From contig JBFWNS010000005.1 in assembly GCA_050250935.1 (NCBI GenBank), positions 75,523 through 139,522 on the forward strand: a stretch of 64,000 bases of DNA. The letters are read 5' to 3'. The position numbers and the translations under genes are program-made. The notes beneath the pieces were generated by a model, which was given only the letters and a program-made list of their open reading frames with translations, was not told where the DNA came from and searched no databases. This DNA is from Candidatus Margulisiibacteriota bacterium (GTDB lineage Bacteria > Margulisbacteria > Marinamargulisbacteria > JBFWNS01). Below, in pieces: positions 22,013 to 32,568 of the stretch (the stretch's first letter is position 1; each line of letters opens with the position of its first letter).

Positions 22013-23127
22013 AGGTGTTCCTTTATCAGGTTTAAAATTTGGGTGCAGGTGGTGCCGTCCCCATAGGGATTCACGGCTGTGGCCATGGCGGCATAGGCTG
22101 CAGAATCGGTCAGCAAACGGGTGGCTTCGGCCACAATCTGGGTCGGATTGGTGCCAATCAGTTTGGCGGTTCCGGCGTCGATCCCTTCGGTACGTTCGGT
22201 TACGGTTCGGGTGACGAGCACGGGTTTTCCCAAGGCTGGGGCTTCTTCTTGAATGCCCCCGGAATCTGTAATGACCAGCTGACAGGCGTTTAACAACCAC
22301 AACAGGTGGGGATACGGCAGGGGATCAATCAGATGAATGCGCGTGTGATTCCCCAATATCCGAAAAACAGGTTCCTGAACATTGGGATTCAAATGAACCG
22401 GATAGACAATGCTTGTGTTTTCAAGGGTGTCAGCCAGGGTTTTTAGAGCCAAACAAAACTCTTCGAAGGGTTTTCCGAAGCTTTCCCTGCGGTGGCCGGT
22501 GACCAAGATTATTTTTTGGGAAAAGTCGATGTTTTGTTGGGCAAAAAAGCTGGCATACTGGGACTCGTTTTGCTTGATTTTTTCGAGACCCAAAAACAAG
22601 GCATCGATCACCGTATTGCCGACAACCCATACGTCTTTATGGATGTTTTCACAGGCCAAGTTGGCTTTGGCTTTTGGGGTTGGGGCAAAGTGGAAATCCG
22701 CCAAATGACCGGCCATAATCCGGTTGATTTCTTCTGGAAACGGCGACTGTTTTTGACCACTGCGAAGGCCAGCTTCCACATGAGCTACTTTGGTTTGGGT
22801 GTAAAATCCAGCCAAGGCCCCAATAAAGGCCGTGGTGGTGTCGCCTTGAACCACCAGCAAATCTGGTTTTGCAGTTGCAATGACGGCTTGAAGCCCTTTA
22901 AGCCCTTCGGCTGTAATGTCGAATAGGGTTTGATTGGGTTTCATCAGGTTCAAATCGAAGTCTGGGACAATGCCAAAAAAGGCCAGCACCTGGTCCAACA
23001 TTTCCCTGTGTTGGCCGGTTACACACACCTGTGTCACAAAGTGGGGATCTTCTTTGAAGCGCAGGACCAAAGGGGCTAGCTTGATGGCTTCTGGGCGTGT
23101 TCCAAAAACAAACAGCGCCGATTTCAT
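22009..23127 (-). CDS. wecB: UDP-N-acetylglucosamine 2-epimerase (non-hydrolysing)
   Basis: FGTRPEAIK, QGDTTT, HVEAGLRS, TDSGGIQEEAP, NPYGDG. Confidence 0.95.
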   Translation of the reverse strand: MKSALFVFGTRPEAIKLAPLVLRFKEDPHFVTQVCVTGQHREMLDQVLAFFGIVPDFDLNLMKPNQTLFDITAEGLKGLQAVIATAKPDLLVVQGDTTTAFIGALAGFYTQTKVAHVEAGLRSGQKQSPFPEEINRIMAGHLADFHFAPTPKAKANLACENIHKDVWVVGNTVIDALFLGLEKIKQNESQYASFFAQQNIDFSQKIILVTGHRRESFGKPFEEFCLALKTLADTLENTSIVYPVHLNPNVQEPVFRILGNHTRIHLIDPLPYPHLLWLLNACQLVITDSGGIQEEAPALGKPVLVTRTVTERTEGIDAGTAKLIGTNPTQIVAEATRLLTDSAAYAAMATAVNPYGDGTTCTQILNLIKEHL

Positions 23128-25619
23128 TATTTAATGATTTTCAAGAAGCTTAAGCTGGTGGCGATATTAAAGAGAATTTGGGTCCAATCTACAATTGCTT
23201 TGGTCCAGTTGATGTCAATTTTCGGTTTTTCGGGCACATAAACCATGTCCCCGCGTTCGACAACGCCAGGATTTTTCAGAATAGAGCCATTGGCTTTAAT
23301 GACCAAAACGTTGCCTCGGTCGGCATAGTCGCTAAAGCCACCCACCAAATCGATGTAATGATTGGGCGATTTGTTGTCTTCGAAAGCAATGCCTGTGGAT
23401 TTTTGAACCCCACCCACCACCAAAATGGCATTGGGAATCGTGGGTACGGTTAAGGAATCCCCATCTTTAACTTCGAAATCGTCTTTAGAACCTTTAAAAT
23501 CCTTGTTGATGGCAATAATAACGCGACCTGTATTTTCTTCAATGCGTTTTTGTAAAAAAGCCATGGCTTCGGTATAGGCTTTGCTGGTTTCTGCGCCGTT
23601 GGGGTTCACAGAAGCATTGGGGTTCACTTCATAAATAATGCGTTTTTGTTCTTGCTCAAGAATAATTTTTTGACCTTCTTGGGTTTTGTCTTTCAAGGCT
23701 TCTCGTTTGAAAATGCTGCCAGGCAGAAAGGCGTATTGGGTAAATCCGCCGGCTTTGGCAATGACATCGCTTAAATGTTCGCCGGGTAAACAAATGTAGG
23801 TGCCTGGGAAAGCCACTTCGCCACTTAGGGTGATTTTGCGAATTTTGGTGGCCTCTGCATTTTCACGAATAAAAATATGGTCGCCAGGTTTTAGGGTGAT
23901 GTTCTCTGTGGCATTTGGATTTTTCAAAAACCGTTCCAAATCTAGGGTTAAGGTTTCGTTGGGTGCATCGGGCAATTTTCTGTAAATTTCCACGCGGTTG
24001 AGTTCGGCAAAAGGGGTTGGGGTGGCCAAAAAGACCACATCGCTAACACTCATGTCTTTGAGCAGTTTGTAGTTTCCCGGTTTTTTAACAGCCCCTTCGA
24101 TGGACACATCGCGAATGCCGTAAATGTCGGCGTTGCTATAAATTTTGATGCGGTCCCATTCTTTGAGCGGGGTTTTAAGGTTTGCTGGCAAGGAAAGGTC
24201 CACATAGATGAGCTGGCGTTGGTCGTTGGAGACATAGCGCAAAATCTCCACCCGTTTCATAAAGGATTCTTCTTTGGTGCCTTCTGCGGATTTTAGCAGA
24301 TCCCCAATGGTTGGGTTGGCTTTCAGGTCGTATTCGCCAGGGCGTTTAATGTTGCCTTCAATCCCCACAAAATTGTGTTTGTCTTCGGAAATGGGCAGAA
24401 TGGTTACGATATCGCCGTTTTGCAAAATTCGGTTTTTAAGTTCGTCTTTAAGGTCGTCGAAGGTGTTAAATTTATAGTCCAACAGCGAGAGTTTTTGGTT
24501 GTCGACAATGCGTTGAATTTGAATGCGTTTGGTGTAGGAGCCAGGGGTGGTGCCGCCGCTCAGGTTCATAATGCCATCAAAAACAGAGGTGTTGGGGGCC
24601 AATTCGAAAATAGCAGGCCGTTTGACCATGCCACGAATGGCGGCGACATCGCCAATTGAGGGGACAAAAATCGTGTCGAAGGGTTGCAGTTGAATGTCTT
24701 GGTAGCGGTCTCCGCGTAGCAGGTAGTCGTAGAGATCGATTGTTTTAACCACTTGGTTTCGACGTTTAATCAGCACTTTGCGCAAAGAGCCCATTTTGGT
24801 GGGGCCTTCGGCAACATACAGGGCCATAAAAGCAGTGGTTAGGGATGGCAAATCGTAGGCGCCAGGTTTGTTGACATCGCCCAAAACAAAGACCTTAATG
24901 GTCCGTAATTGTGCGATCGAGACACTGACATCGAAGTTGGCATAGTCTTTGGAAAGGCTTTGTTTAATGCGGGGGGCAACACTGCCCAAGCTGGAGCCTG
25001 CCAAGCTTAAATAGCCTACTTTTGGCATGAAGATTTTACCATTTTGGTCGATGGTGACATCAATTTTTTCTTCGACTTTCCCCCAAATCTGAATGGTTAA
25101 GGCGTCGCCAGGGCCCAAAATATAGCTGCTGCCAACGGGTACGTCTTTCAGGTTGAACCCGGTATAAGAGGATTGGCGAAACATGGCATAGCCAAATTGT
25201 TCGAGTTTTGTGGGGCTGGGATCTAGGGTGTCGGGTGTTTTAGTGGAACTGGAAGGGGAGGTGCTGGTGGAAGACGCAATGGAAAAATTCAGTTTATCGG
25301 TGTCGGCATATTGAAACGATTGTTCGATTCGAGAGGGCATTGGGGCTGGGGATAGCACGGTTTTGCCAGAACCTGCGCTGTCGGAGGTCATATTTGGGGG
25401 TTGGATGTTGGGTATACTTTCAGCTTTGATTTGGTCGAGAGGCTTTCCCACAGCCCCTGCTTGTTGTTGAACCTTTTCTTTCTCTGCAGCGGTCAGGTTC
25501 TGGTACATGTTCAGGTAGGCTGGGAGTGGGCTTTGTGCCTGAATAAAGACAGGTTGTGCAATCAATAGCAGAGCCAAGAGCCAGCACAGGGCAAATTTGA
25601 AGCGTTTGAAAGGGGTCAT
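23127..25619 (-). CDS. Polysaccharide export protein with multiple SLBB domains (Wza/KpsD-like)
   Basis: Signal peptide, YILGPGD poly_export motif, repeated G-x-V-x-x-PG-x-Y SLBB units, C-terminal amphipathic helix. Confidence 0.88.
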   Translation of the reverse strand: MTPFKRFKFALCWLLALLLIAQPVFIQAQSPLPAYLNMYQNLTAAEKEKVQQQAGAVGKPLDQIKAESIPNIQPPNMTSDSAGSGKTVLSPAPMPSRIEQSFQYADTDKLNFSIASSTSTSPSSSTKTPDTLDPSPTKLEQFGYAMFRQSSYTGFNLKDVPVGSSYILGPGDALTIQIWGKVEEKIDVTIDQNGKIFMPKVGYLSLAGSSLGSVAPRIKQSLSKDYANFDVSVSIAQLRTIKVFVLGDVNKPGAYDLPSLTTAFMALYVAEGPTKMGSLRKVLIKRRNQVVKTIDLYDYLLRGDRYQDIQLQPFDTIFVPSIGDVAAIRGMVKRPAIFELAPNTSVFDGIMNLSGGTTPGSYTKRIQIQRIVDNQKLSLLDYKFNTFDDLKDELKNRILQNGDIVTILPISEDKHNFVGIEGNIKRPGEYDLKANPTIGDLLKSAEGTKEESFMKRVEILRYVSNDQRQLIYVDLSLPANLKTPLKEWDRIKIYSNADIYGIRDVSIEGAVKKPGNYKLLKDMSVSDVVFLATPTPFAELNRVEIYRKLPDAPNETLTLDLERFLKNPNATENITLKPGDHIFIRENAEATKIRKITLSGEVAFPGTYICLPGEHLSDVIAKAGGFTQYAFLPGSIFKREALKDKTQEGQKIILEQEQKRIIYEVNPNASVNPNGAETSKAYTEAMAFLQKRIEENTGRVIIAINKDFKGSKDDFEVKDGDSLTVPTIPNAILVVGGVQKSTGIAFEDNKSPNHYIDLVGGFSDYADRGNVLVIKANGSILKNPGVVERGDMVYVPEKPKIDINWTKAIVDWTQILFNIATSLSFLKIIK

Positions 25620-25670
25620 AAGAGGTTCTTTTTCTTTTGGTTTTTGGGATTGAAACGACTCTCTAATTTA

Positions 25671-26666
25671 TCACAGAGGAATTGTCGTTGACAAACCAGA
25701 ATTCCGCCATTGGCGAGCGTGGCGAATCATGTCTTCCAAGCCTGGAAATTGGGGTGTCCAGCCCAAAATGGCTTTCGCTTTTGTCGCGTTGGCAACCAAA
25801 ATGGCGGGGTCTCCGTCTCGCCTTGGGCCAAAGGTGTGGGGTATGGGTTGGCCCAGTTCTTTTTCGGCAGCTTTTAGAACGTTTAGCACCGAAAAACCCT
25901 GTCCATTTCCCAAGTTCAGGGTGATCGATTCTGAACCCGAAAGCAAATAGTCCAGCCCCAAAACATGGGCTTCTGCCAGGTCCACCACATGGACATAGTC
26001 GCGAATACAGGTGCCGTCTGGGGTTGGGTAGTTGTTGCCAAAAATGGTCAGGGGTGGGCGACGGCCCGAGGCGGCGTCAAGCATCAGCGGAATCAGATGG
26101 GTTTCGGGAACATGGCTTTCGCCGATTTGCCCTTCGGGGTCAGACCCGCAGGCATTAAAATAGCGAAAGCAAAGGTGTTTGGTGCCATAGGCTGTGGCGA
26201 AATCGGCCAACATGTTTTCGATGATTAATTTGTTTTGGCCGTAGGGGTTTACAGGGTTTGTGGGGTGGGTTTCGTCGATAGAGGGGGTTAAGGGTTCGCC
26301 ATAAACGGCTGCTGTGGACGAAAAGACAATTTTGGAAACCCCAGCTTCAACCAGGGTTTGAAAATAGGCAATCGAAGCCCCCACGTTGTTGGCATAATAT
26401 TTGGCTGGATTTTGCACCGACTCGCCCACATTAATAAAGGCCGCAAAGTGTAAGGCCGCAATGGGGTTGTATTGGGCAATGGTCTCTAGCACTGCGTCTT
26501 TGTTGCAGATGTCGGCCCTAACCAGAGGGCCCCATTGCACAAAGGATTCATAGCCGCTCACCAGGCTATCGATGACCACAGGGGTATAGCCCCGTTTCGA
26601 CAAGGCTTTGCAAACCTGAGACCCGATAAATCCAGCGCCACCACTAACCAAAACCGCTTTGTCCAT
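25671..26666 (-). CDS. galE: UDP-glucose 4-epimerase
   Basis: GGAGFIGS, HFAA, SSTAAVYG, RYFNACG, ETHLIP, DGTCIRDYVHV. Confidence 0.93.
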   Translation of the reverse strand: MDKAVLVSGGAGFIGSQVCKALSKRGYTPVVIDSLVSGYESFVQWGPLVRADICNKDAVLETIAQYNPIAALHFAAFINVGESVQNPAKYYANNVGASIAYFQTLVEAGVSKIVFSSTAAVYGEPLTPSIDETHPTNPVNPYGQNKLIIENMLADFATAYGTKHLCFRYFNACGSDPEGQIGESHVPETHLIPLMLDAASGRRPPLTIFGNNYPTPDGTCIRDYVHVVDLAEAHVLGLDYLLSGSESITLNLGNGQGFSVLNVLKAAEKELGQPIPHTFGPRRDGDPAILVANATKAKAILGWTPQFPGLEDMIRHARQWRNSGLSTTIPL

Positions 26667-26675
26667 GGGGGTCGA

Positions 26676-27728
26676 CTATATCACTGACGGATTTTCTGTT
26701 GCAAACCGTGGGGTAATCAAAAACAGGACATCGGTTCGGCTGGTTTCGGTTTGCTGTCCCCGAAACAATCCCCCAACAAGGGGCAGATCGGCTAAAAATG
26801 GAATTTGGGTTTGGTTGTTTTTGGTTTCTTCTTGTAACAGGCCGGCAATTACCAGGGTCTGGTTGTTTTCCAACTGCACGGTGGTGTCGGTTTTTCGGGT
26901 GGCCAAAACAGGGTATTGTCCGCTGCCAAATTCCTTCCAGACCTTGGCGTTGATAATGGTGGCATTAATATTGCTTAAAACGGTGGTTTTCGAGTTCAAT
27001 TTTGGTGTAATGTCCAAGGCAATGCCGGTGTCGACATATTGCACTTGTTGGGACACCGTACGGTCCTGAAAAATCGCCGTTACATAGGGAACGCGGTCGC
27101 CGACTTGGATGCTGGATTTGCTGTTGTCTAGGGTCGATACGGTGGGCTTGGCCAGAACCTTGGCTTTTCCTTCGGTAATCAGTTGGGACAAGGCGCCTTG
27201 AAGGCCTTGAAGGGGCAGTAATTTTCCCGATTCAAAGTCATAATTAATGGCAAATCCGTCGGTAAGGCTGTTAAAAAATGGTTTCCACAAGCTGTTGTTT
27301 TGGTCGGCGACTTCCACAATTTCAATTTCAAACACGATTCGGGCTAGGGGGCTGTCCAGTTGTTCGGCCAGGGCTTTGATGGGTGCCCAGTCTTCGGGTG
27401 TGGCCCAGGCCAACAATTGCCTCGAGCGGGTGTCGGCGCCGATTCTAACCTCGGGAAAGAGGGCTTGAAGTGTTACTTTTAAGAGGGCTGGGTCGCTGTT
27501 ATTCAATTGCAGTGTTTGGGGTAGAGGGCCGATGAAGGGCGGTGGCTCTTCTGTTCTGGGCTGGGGTTTTTGAACAGTGATAGCTGGTTTGGGTGCAGGG
27601 GGTTTTGGGGCCAGAAGTTTTTGCAGGATCTCGATTTTGGGATTCAAAGGTTGAGCCGGAAAGACCCAGCTGGGGGTTCCCGTCAGGCTCAATACGATCA
27701 ATAGGACGATTCTGGTTTTGGTTTTCAC
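26676..27728 (-). CDS. Short secretin (PilQ/GspD/SctC superfamily), single N3-like domain
   Basis: Signal peptide, Pro-rich linker, ADTRSRQLL N3 motif, AKVLAKPTVSTLDN, TGIALDITP, IPFLADLPLVGGLF, LFLITP. Confidence 0.88.
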   Translation of the reverse strand: MKTKTRIVLLIVLSLTGTPSWVFPAQPLNPKIEILQKLLAPKPPAPKPAITVQKPQPRTEEPPPFIGPLPQTLQLNNSDPALLKVTLQALFPEVRIGADTRSRQLLAWATPEDWAPIKALAEQLDSPLARIVFEIEIVEVADQNNSLWKPFFNSLTDGFAINYDFESGKLLPLQGLQGALSQLITEGKAKVLAKPTVSTLDNSKSSIQVGDRVPYVTAIFQDRTVSQQVQYVDTGIALDITPKLNSKTTVLSNINATIINAKVWKEFGSGQYPVLATRKTDTTVQLENNQTLVIAGLLQEETKNNQTQIPFLADLPLVGGLFRGQQTETSRTDVLFLITPRFATENPSVI

Positions 27729-28081
27729 GGCTGCGTTCCTTCAAGAAAGGTTAAGGTGGCTGTCAGGGTGTAGTGGGTTTGCTCAAATGCAACTGAAAAT
27801 GTGGGAATGTCGAACCCATAGGTCGGGGCCAAGGCGCAGAGGGCTTTCAGGGTTTCGATGGGGGCTTGGGTTTGGCAGGTGATGTGCCATTGGAAAGGTT
27901 TTTGGTCGAGAATTTGAACCGGCTCGTTTAGGGTTTTGGCTAAAATTTGCAGGGTAAGGGTTGGTTTTTTGGGCGAATGGAACTGGAGTTTTGCAATGCT
28001 GGTCCAACATAAAATGCCTGCCACAAGGGTGGCCAGGGTTGGGAGCAACAGGGGTTTGAAGGGGTCTAGAAACTGGGGCAT
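27725..28081 (-). CDS. Hypothetical bitopic membrane protein, possibly divergent PilO/GspM-like
   Basis: N-terminal TM plus small alpha/beta domain; overlaps secretin start. Confidence 0.4.
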   Translation of the reverse strand: MPQFLDPFKPLLLPTLATLVAGILCWTSIAKLQFHSPKKPTLTLQILAKTLNEPVQILDQKPFQWHITCQTQAPIETLKALCALAPTYGFDIPTFSVAFEQTHYTLTATLTFLEGTQP

Positions 28082-28662
28082 TTTAGGGTGCCTTCGATGG
28101 TGTTTACACCATCGTTAAGTGCCGTAATGGTATGGTCGGTGTGACTCAACGGGGCTTCCAAATCGGATGTGGCCGAGGCAATGCCCGAAAACGTTAGATG
28201 GTTGGCTTTAAACGCCAAGCGGAGGGTCAAAAATCCCTCGGCGTCCATGCTTTCCAAAAAAGGGAGGACTGTTTTAAGGGGAGAAGCGGGTGTGGGGAGG
28301 GGTTTTTGGGGAATCCAGCTAGAGACTGCCCAACCCAGCAATAGCACAACACAAGGTAAGTACAACCACCCATTGTGGGTCAGGCCAAACAAAGCATTTG
28401 TATTCAAAAGGGTTTTTACAGGATGAGGGTACAGGGCTTTTTCAATAAGGGTTAAGGCAGTCGATTTGGAGTGTGGGAGTTGGTCTAGGGTTTGAATCAA
28501 GCACGGACTCAACGAAATAGCCGCTTTTGAAGGCAAGGGTTCAGAAATCAGTGTGGAAAGGGTCGGATTCGGTTGGTTTATCCACTCAAAAAAGGAAACG
28601 GGAAGGGTTTTAGCCCCAATCGAGAGTTTGTCTGCAAAAAGTGTGATGACAGGGGTAGGCAT
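28066..28662 (-). CDS. Hypothetical bitopic membrane protein, possibly divergent PilN/GspL-like
   Basis: Central TM and C-terminal LTFSGIAS segment reminiscent of PilN; first gene of secretin operon. Confidence 0.4.
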   Translation of the reverse strand: MPTPVITLFADKLSIGAKTLPVSFFEWINQPNPTLSTLISEPLPSKAAISLSPCLIQTLDQLPHSKSTALTLIEKALYPHPVKTLLNTNALFGLTHNGWLYLPCVVLLLGWAVSSWIPQKPLPTPASPLKTVLPFLESMDAEGFLTLRLAFKANHLTFSGIASATSDLEAPLSHTDHTITALNDGVNTIEGTLKCPSF

Positions 28663-28698
28663 GGCCTAGAATTTAGACAATAAATAAAAATGCGTCAA
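28663..28698 (-). promoter_or_regulatory. Sigma70 promoter of secretin operon, probably leaderless
   Basis: Minus strand TTGACG-N17-TAAATT-N7-ATG(28662), AT-rich upstream region. Confidence 0.65.
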
Positions 28699-28714
28699 TA
28701 TATTATTTTTATAA

Positions 28715-29869
<1,155 letters not shown>

Positions 29870-30430
29870 GTGATTCGAATCGGTCTGATTGGAAGCAACG
29901 GCGCAGGCAAATCTTCGGCCTGCGCTTTTTTTAGGGAACAAGGGTTTGTGGTGGTCTCGTTGTCCGATTTTGTCAGGGAAGAGGCCACCCGAAAAAACTT
30001 GCCCCATAGCCGCGACAATCTCGTGGCCACGGCAAACCTCCTCAAACAAGCGCGTGGCGAGGCGGTGTTGGCCGAAATGGCTTTGGCCAAAATGGCAACG
30101 GTGGACCAACCCATGGCGTTTGATAGCATTCGCAATGTTGCCGAAGTCGAGTTGTTAAAAGCAAATGGGGTCTATTTTATTGGCATCGATGCGCCTGTGG
30201 CCTTGCGGTACGAACGCATTTGTAAGCGCGGATTGGCTGCCGATGCCGTGACTTTTGATCAATTTAAAGCCCAAGATGACCGCGAAAATGAAGGCCAAAG
30301 CAGTGGCCAAAATATCCACGCAGCGCTTCGGGCCTGCAATGTGGTTGTGGACAACACACAGGGCTTGGATGCCTTGGCGTCTCGGCTAACCCAAATTTTG
30401 AAGGATGTTCAATCATGTCAACCACATTAA
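29870..30430 (+). CDS. P-loop nucleoside monophosphate / dephospho-CoA kinase-like protein
   Basis: GSNGAGKS Walker A, LSDFVREE, DSIRN, DAPVALRYER. Confidence 0.7.
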   Translation: MIRIGLIGSNGAGKSSACAFFREQGFVVVSLSDFVREEATRKNLPHSRDNLVATANLLKQARGEAVLAEMALAKMATVDQPMAFDSIRNVAEVELLKANGVYFIGIDAPVALRYERICKRGLAADAVTFDQFKAQDDRENEGQSSGQNIHAALRACNVVVDNTQGLDALASRLTQILKDVQSCQPH

Positions 30431-31683
30431 CCGTGGTGGGGGGAGCCCCGCTGGTGGGAACTGTAAAAGCTGCGGGCGCCAAAAATTCGGCACTGCCCTT
30501 GTTGGCCGCCTGTATTTTGATGGACGGCACATTTGAACTGAGCAACGTTCCCTATTTGCACGACGTCGCCACCATGATCCGCATGTTGAATGCCTTGGGG
30601 CTTCGGGCCGAATATTCGGCAGATAAAGTTAAAATTACAAACAACAAAAAAGTGCGTCACATTGCGCCCTACGAATTGATTACGGCCATGCGAGCGTCGT
30701 TTTTTGTGGCCGGGCCAATTTTGGCCAAAACGGGCTATGCCAAAGTGCCGCTCCCTGGGGGATGTTCGATTGGGTCTCGGCCTGTCGATTTGCACATTAA
30801 AGGGTTCCGGGCTCTGGGGGCTCAGGTCAACATTGAACATGGTTTTGTGGATATTAAAGCCTCGAAGTTAAAAGGAACCAAAATTTATCTGGATTTTCCC
30901 TCGGTAGGGGCCACTGAAAACGTCATGATGGCCGCCGCTTTGGCTGAAGGGACCTCGGTGATTGAAAACGCGGCCATGGAGCCCGAAATTACCGATTTGG
31001 GTGATTTTCTAAACAAAGCCGGCGCCAAAATTACAGGTCATGGTACCCCCAATATTGTGGTTGAGGGGGTTCCTTCTTTAACCGGGGCCAATCACGAGGT
31101 CATTCCCGACCGTGTGGAGGCCGGCACCTTAATGATTGCTGGGGGCATTACCAAAGGCGATGTGTTGGTCACCCATGTGTCTATTCCCGATTTGGAGCCG
31201 CTGATTGAAAAACTCAAAGAGGCGGGATTAAAAGTCGAGGTGGGGGACAGACAGGTTCGGGTGGCCTATCAGGGAAGCTTGAATGCAGTCAATTTCGAAA
31301 CCTTGCCGTTTCCCGGATTTCCCACCGACATGCAAGCCCAAATGATGGCCCTGTTAACGGTGGCCAAAGGGACCAGCGTGGTCAAAGAAGGGATTTTTGA
31401 AAACCGATTCATGCATGCCCCCGAGTTGATGCGCATGGGGGCCTCGATTAAACTGGATATGCAGTATGCTTTTGTAACGGGTGTTGAAAAACTGTCGGGT
31501 GCCGAGGTCAAAATTACCGATCTTCGGGCCGGTGCCGCCCTGATTTTGGCGGGTTTGGCCGCCGATGGCGAAACCAAGGTCCATGGCCTAAACCATTTGC
31601 GGCGCGGCTATGACCGGTTGCCCGAAAAACTGCAGTCCCTGGGCGCAACCATTGTCGAGCATCACACACAAGGAAGAGGATGA
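30415..31683 (+). CDS. murA: UDP-N-acetylglucosamine 1-carboxyvinyltransferase
   Basis: GAKNSALP, MRAS, LPGGCSIGSRPVDLH, SVGATEN, PGFPTDMQAQ, TDLRAGAAL. Confidence 0.97.
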   Translation: MSTTLTVVGGAPLVGTVKAAGAKNSALPLLAACILMDGTFELSNVPYLHDVATMIRMLNALGLRAEYSADKVKITNNKKVRHIAPYELITAMRASFFVAGPILAKTGYAKVPLPGGCSIGSRPVDLHIKGFRALGAQVNIEHGFVDIKASKLKGTKIYLDFPSVGATENVMMAAALAEGTSVIENAAMEPEITDLGDFLNKAGAKITGHGTPNIVVEGVPSLTGANHEVIPDRVEAGTLMIAGGITKGDVLVTHVSIPDLEPLIEKLKEAGLKVEVGDRQVRVAYQGSLNAVNFETLPFPGFPTDMQAQMMALLTVAKGTSVVKEGIFENRFMHAPELMRMGASIKLDMQYAFVTGVEKLSGAEVKITDLRAGAALILAGLAADGETKVHGLNHLRRGYDRLPEKLQSLGATIVEHHTQGRG

Positions 31684-32540
31684 GCATGAAACACAAACTT
31701 CATTTCACCAAAATGCAGGGGTTGGGCAACGATTTTATTTTGATTGATGGTCTGAATCAGCGTTTGGACGGCATCGATTTTTCCAAAGCGGCCGAAGGGC
31801 TTTGCGACCGCCATTTTGGCATTGGGGCCGATGGCGTCATTTTGGTGTTGCCTTCGACGCACAGCGATTTTAAGATGCGCATTTTTAATGCCGATGGATC
31901 CGAGCCGCAAATGTGTGGCAATGGCATTCGGTGTTTTGCCAAATTTGTCTATGACGAACAACTGACTCAAAAAGATGTCATTTCTGTAGAAACCTTGGCA
32001 GGGGTCATGGTGCCGGCCCTCATTTTGGAACATGGGGTGGTGAAGGCTGTGGAAGTGGACATGGGCGAACCCGTGTTGCAACGGTCTCGCATTCCCATTA
32101 CCGGCCCCGACAGCGACACCGTGGTGGACGAGGTGTTGGCTGTGGATGGCCAGACCTTCCAGTTTACTGGGGTGTCCATGGGCAATCCCCATGCTGTGGT
32201 GTTTGTGGACGATTTAACCACCATCGATTTGAATCGGGTGGGTCCGCTTTGCGAGCATCATGCGTTGTTCCCCGAGCGGGTGAACACCGAGTTTGTTCAG
32301 ATCAACGCCTACAATGACGCGGTCATGCTGGTCTGGGAACGTGGGTCTGGGGCAACCTTGGCCTGTGGAACTGGGGCCTGTGCCGTGGTGGTGGCGGGGG
32401 TGTTGGGTGGCAAGCTCAATCGCAAATCCACTGTCCATTTGCCTGGTGGCGATTTGTATATCGACTGGCAAGCCGACGATAACCACGTCATGATGACCGG
32501 TCCTGCAGACACCGTTTTCAAAGGCGAAGTCGACTTTTAA
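31680..32540 (+). CDS. dapF: Diaminopimelate epimerase
   Basis: KMQGLGNDF, NADGSEPQMCGNG, SMGNPH, ERGSGATLACGTG. Confidence 0.97.
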   Translation: MSMKHKLHFTKMQGLGNDFILIDGLNQRLDGIDFSKAAEGLCDRHFGIGADGVILVLPSTHSDFKMRIFNADGSEPQMCGNGIRCFAKFVYDEQLTQKDVISVETLAGVMVPALILEHGVVKAVEVDMGEPVLQRSRIPITGPDSDTVVDEVLAVDGQTFQFTGVSMGNPHAVVFVDDLTTIDLNRVGPLCEHHALFPERVNTEFVQINAYNDAVMLVWERGSGATLACGTGACAVVVAGVLGGKLNRKSTVHLPGGDLYIDWQADDNHVMMTGPADTVFKGEVDF

Positions 32541-32568
32541 TTCAAATTCATTTTAAGAAAGGTCTTTC

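Noticed and set aside
22013..22300. N-terminal extensions in the ORF track (also 11125-11274, 53427-53591, 48125-48190, 57556-57600, 57919-57981)
   Set aside because: They overlap neighbouring genes or UTR structures; downstream starts have RBS or stop/start coupling and match family N-termini.
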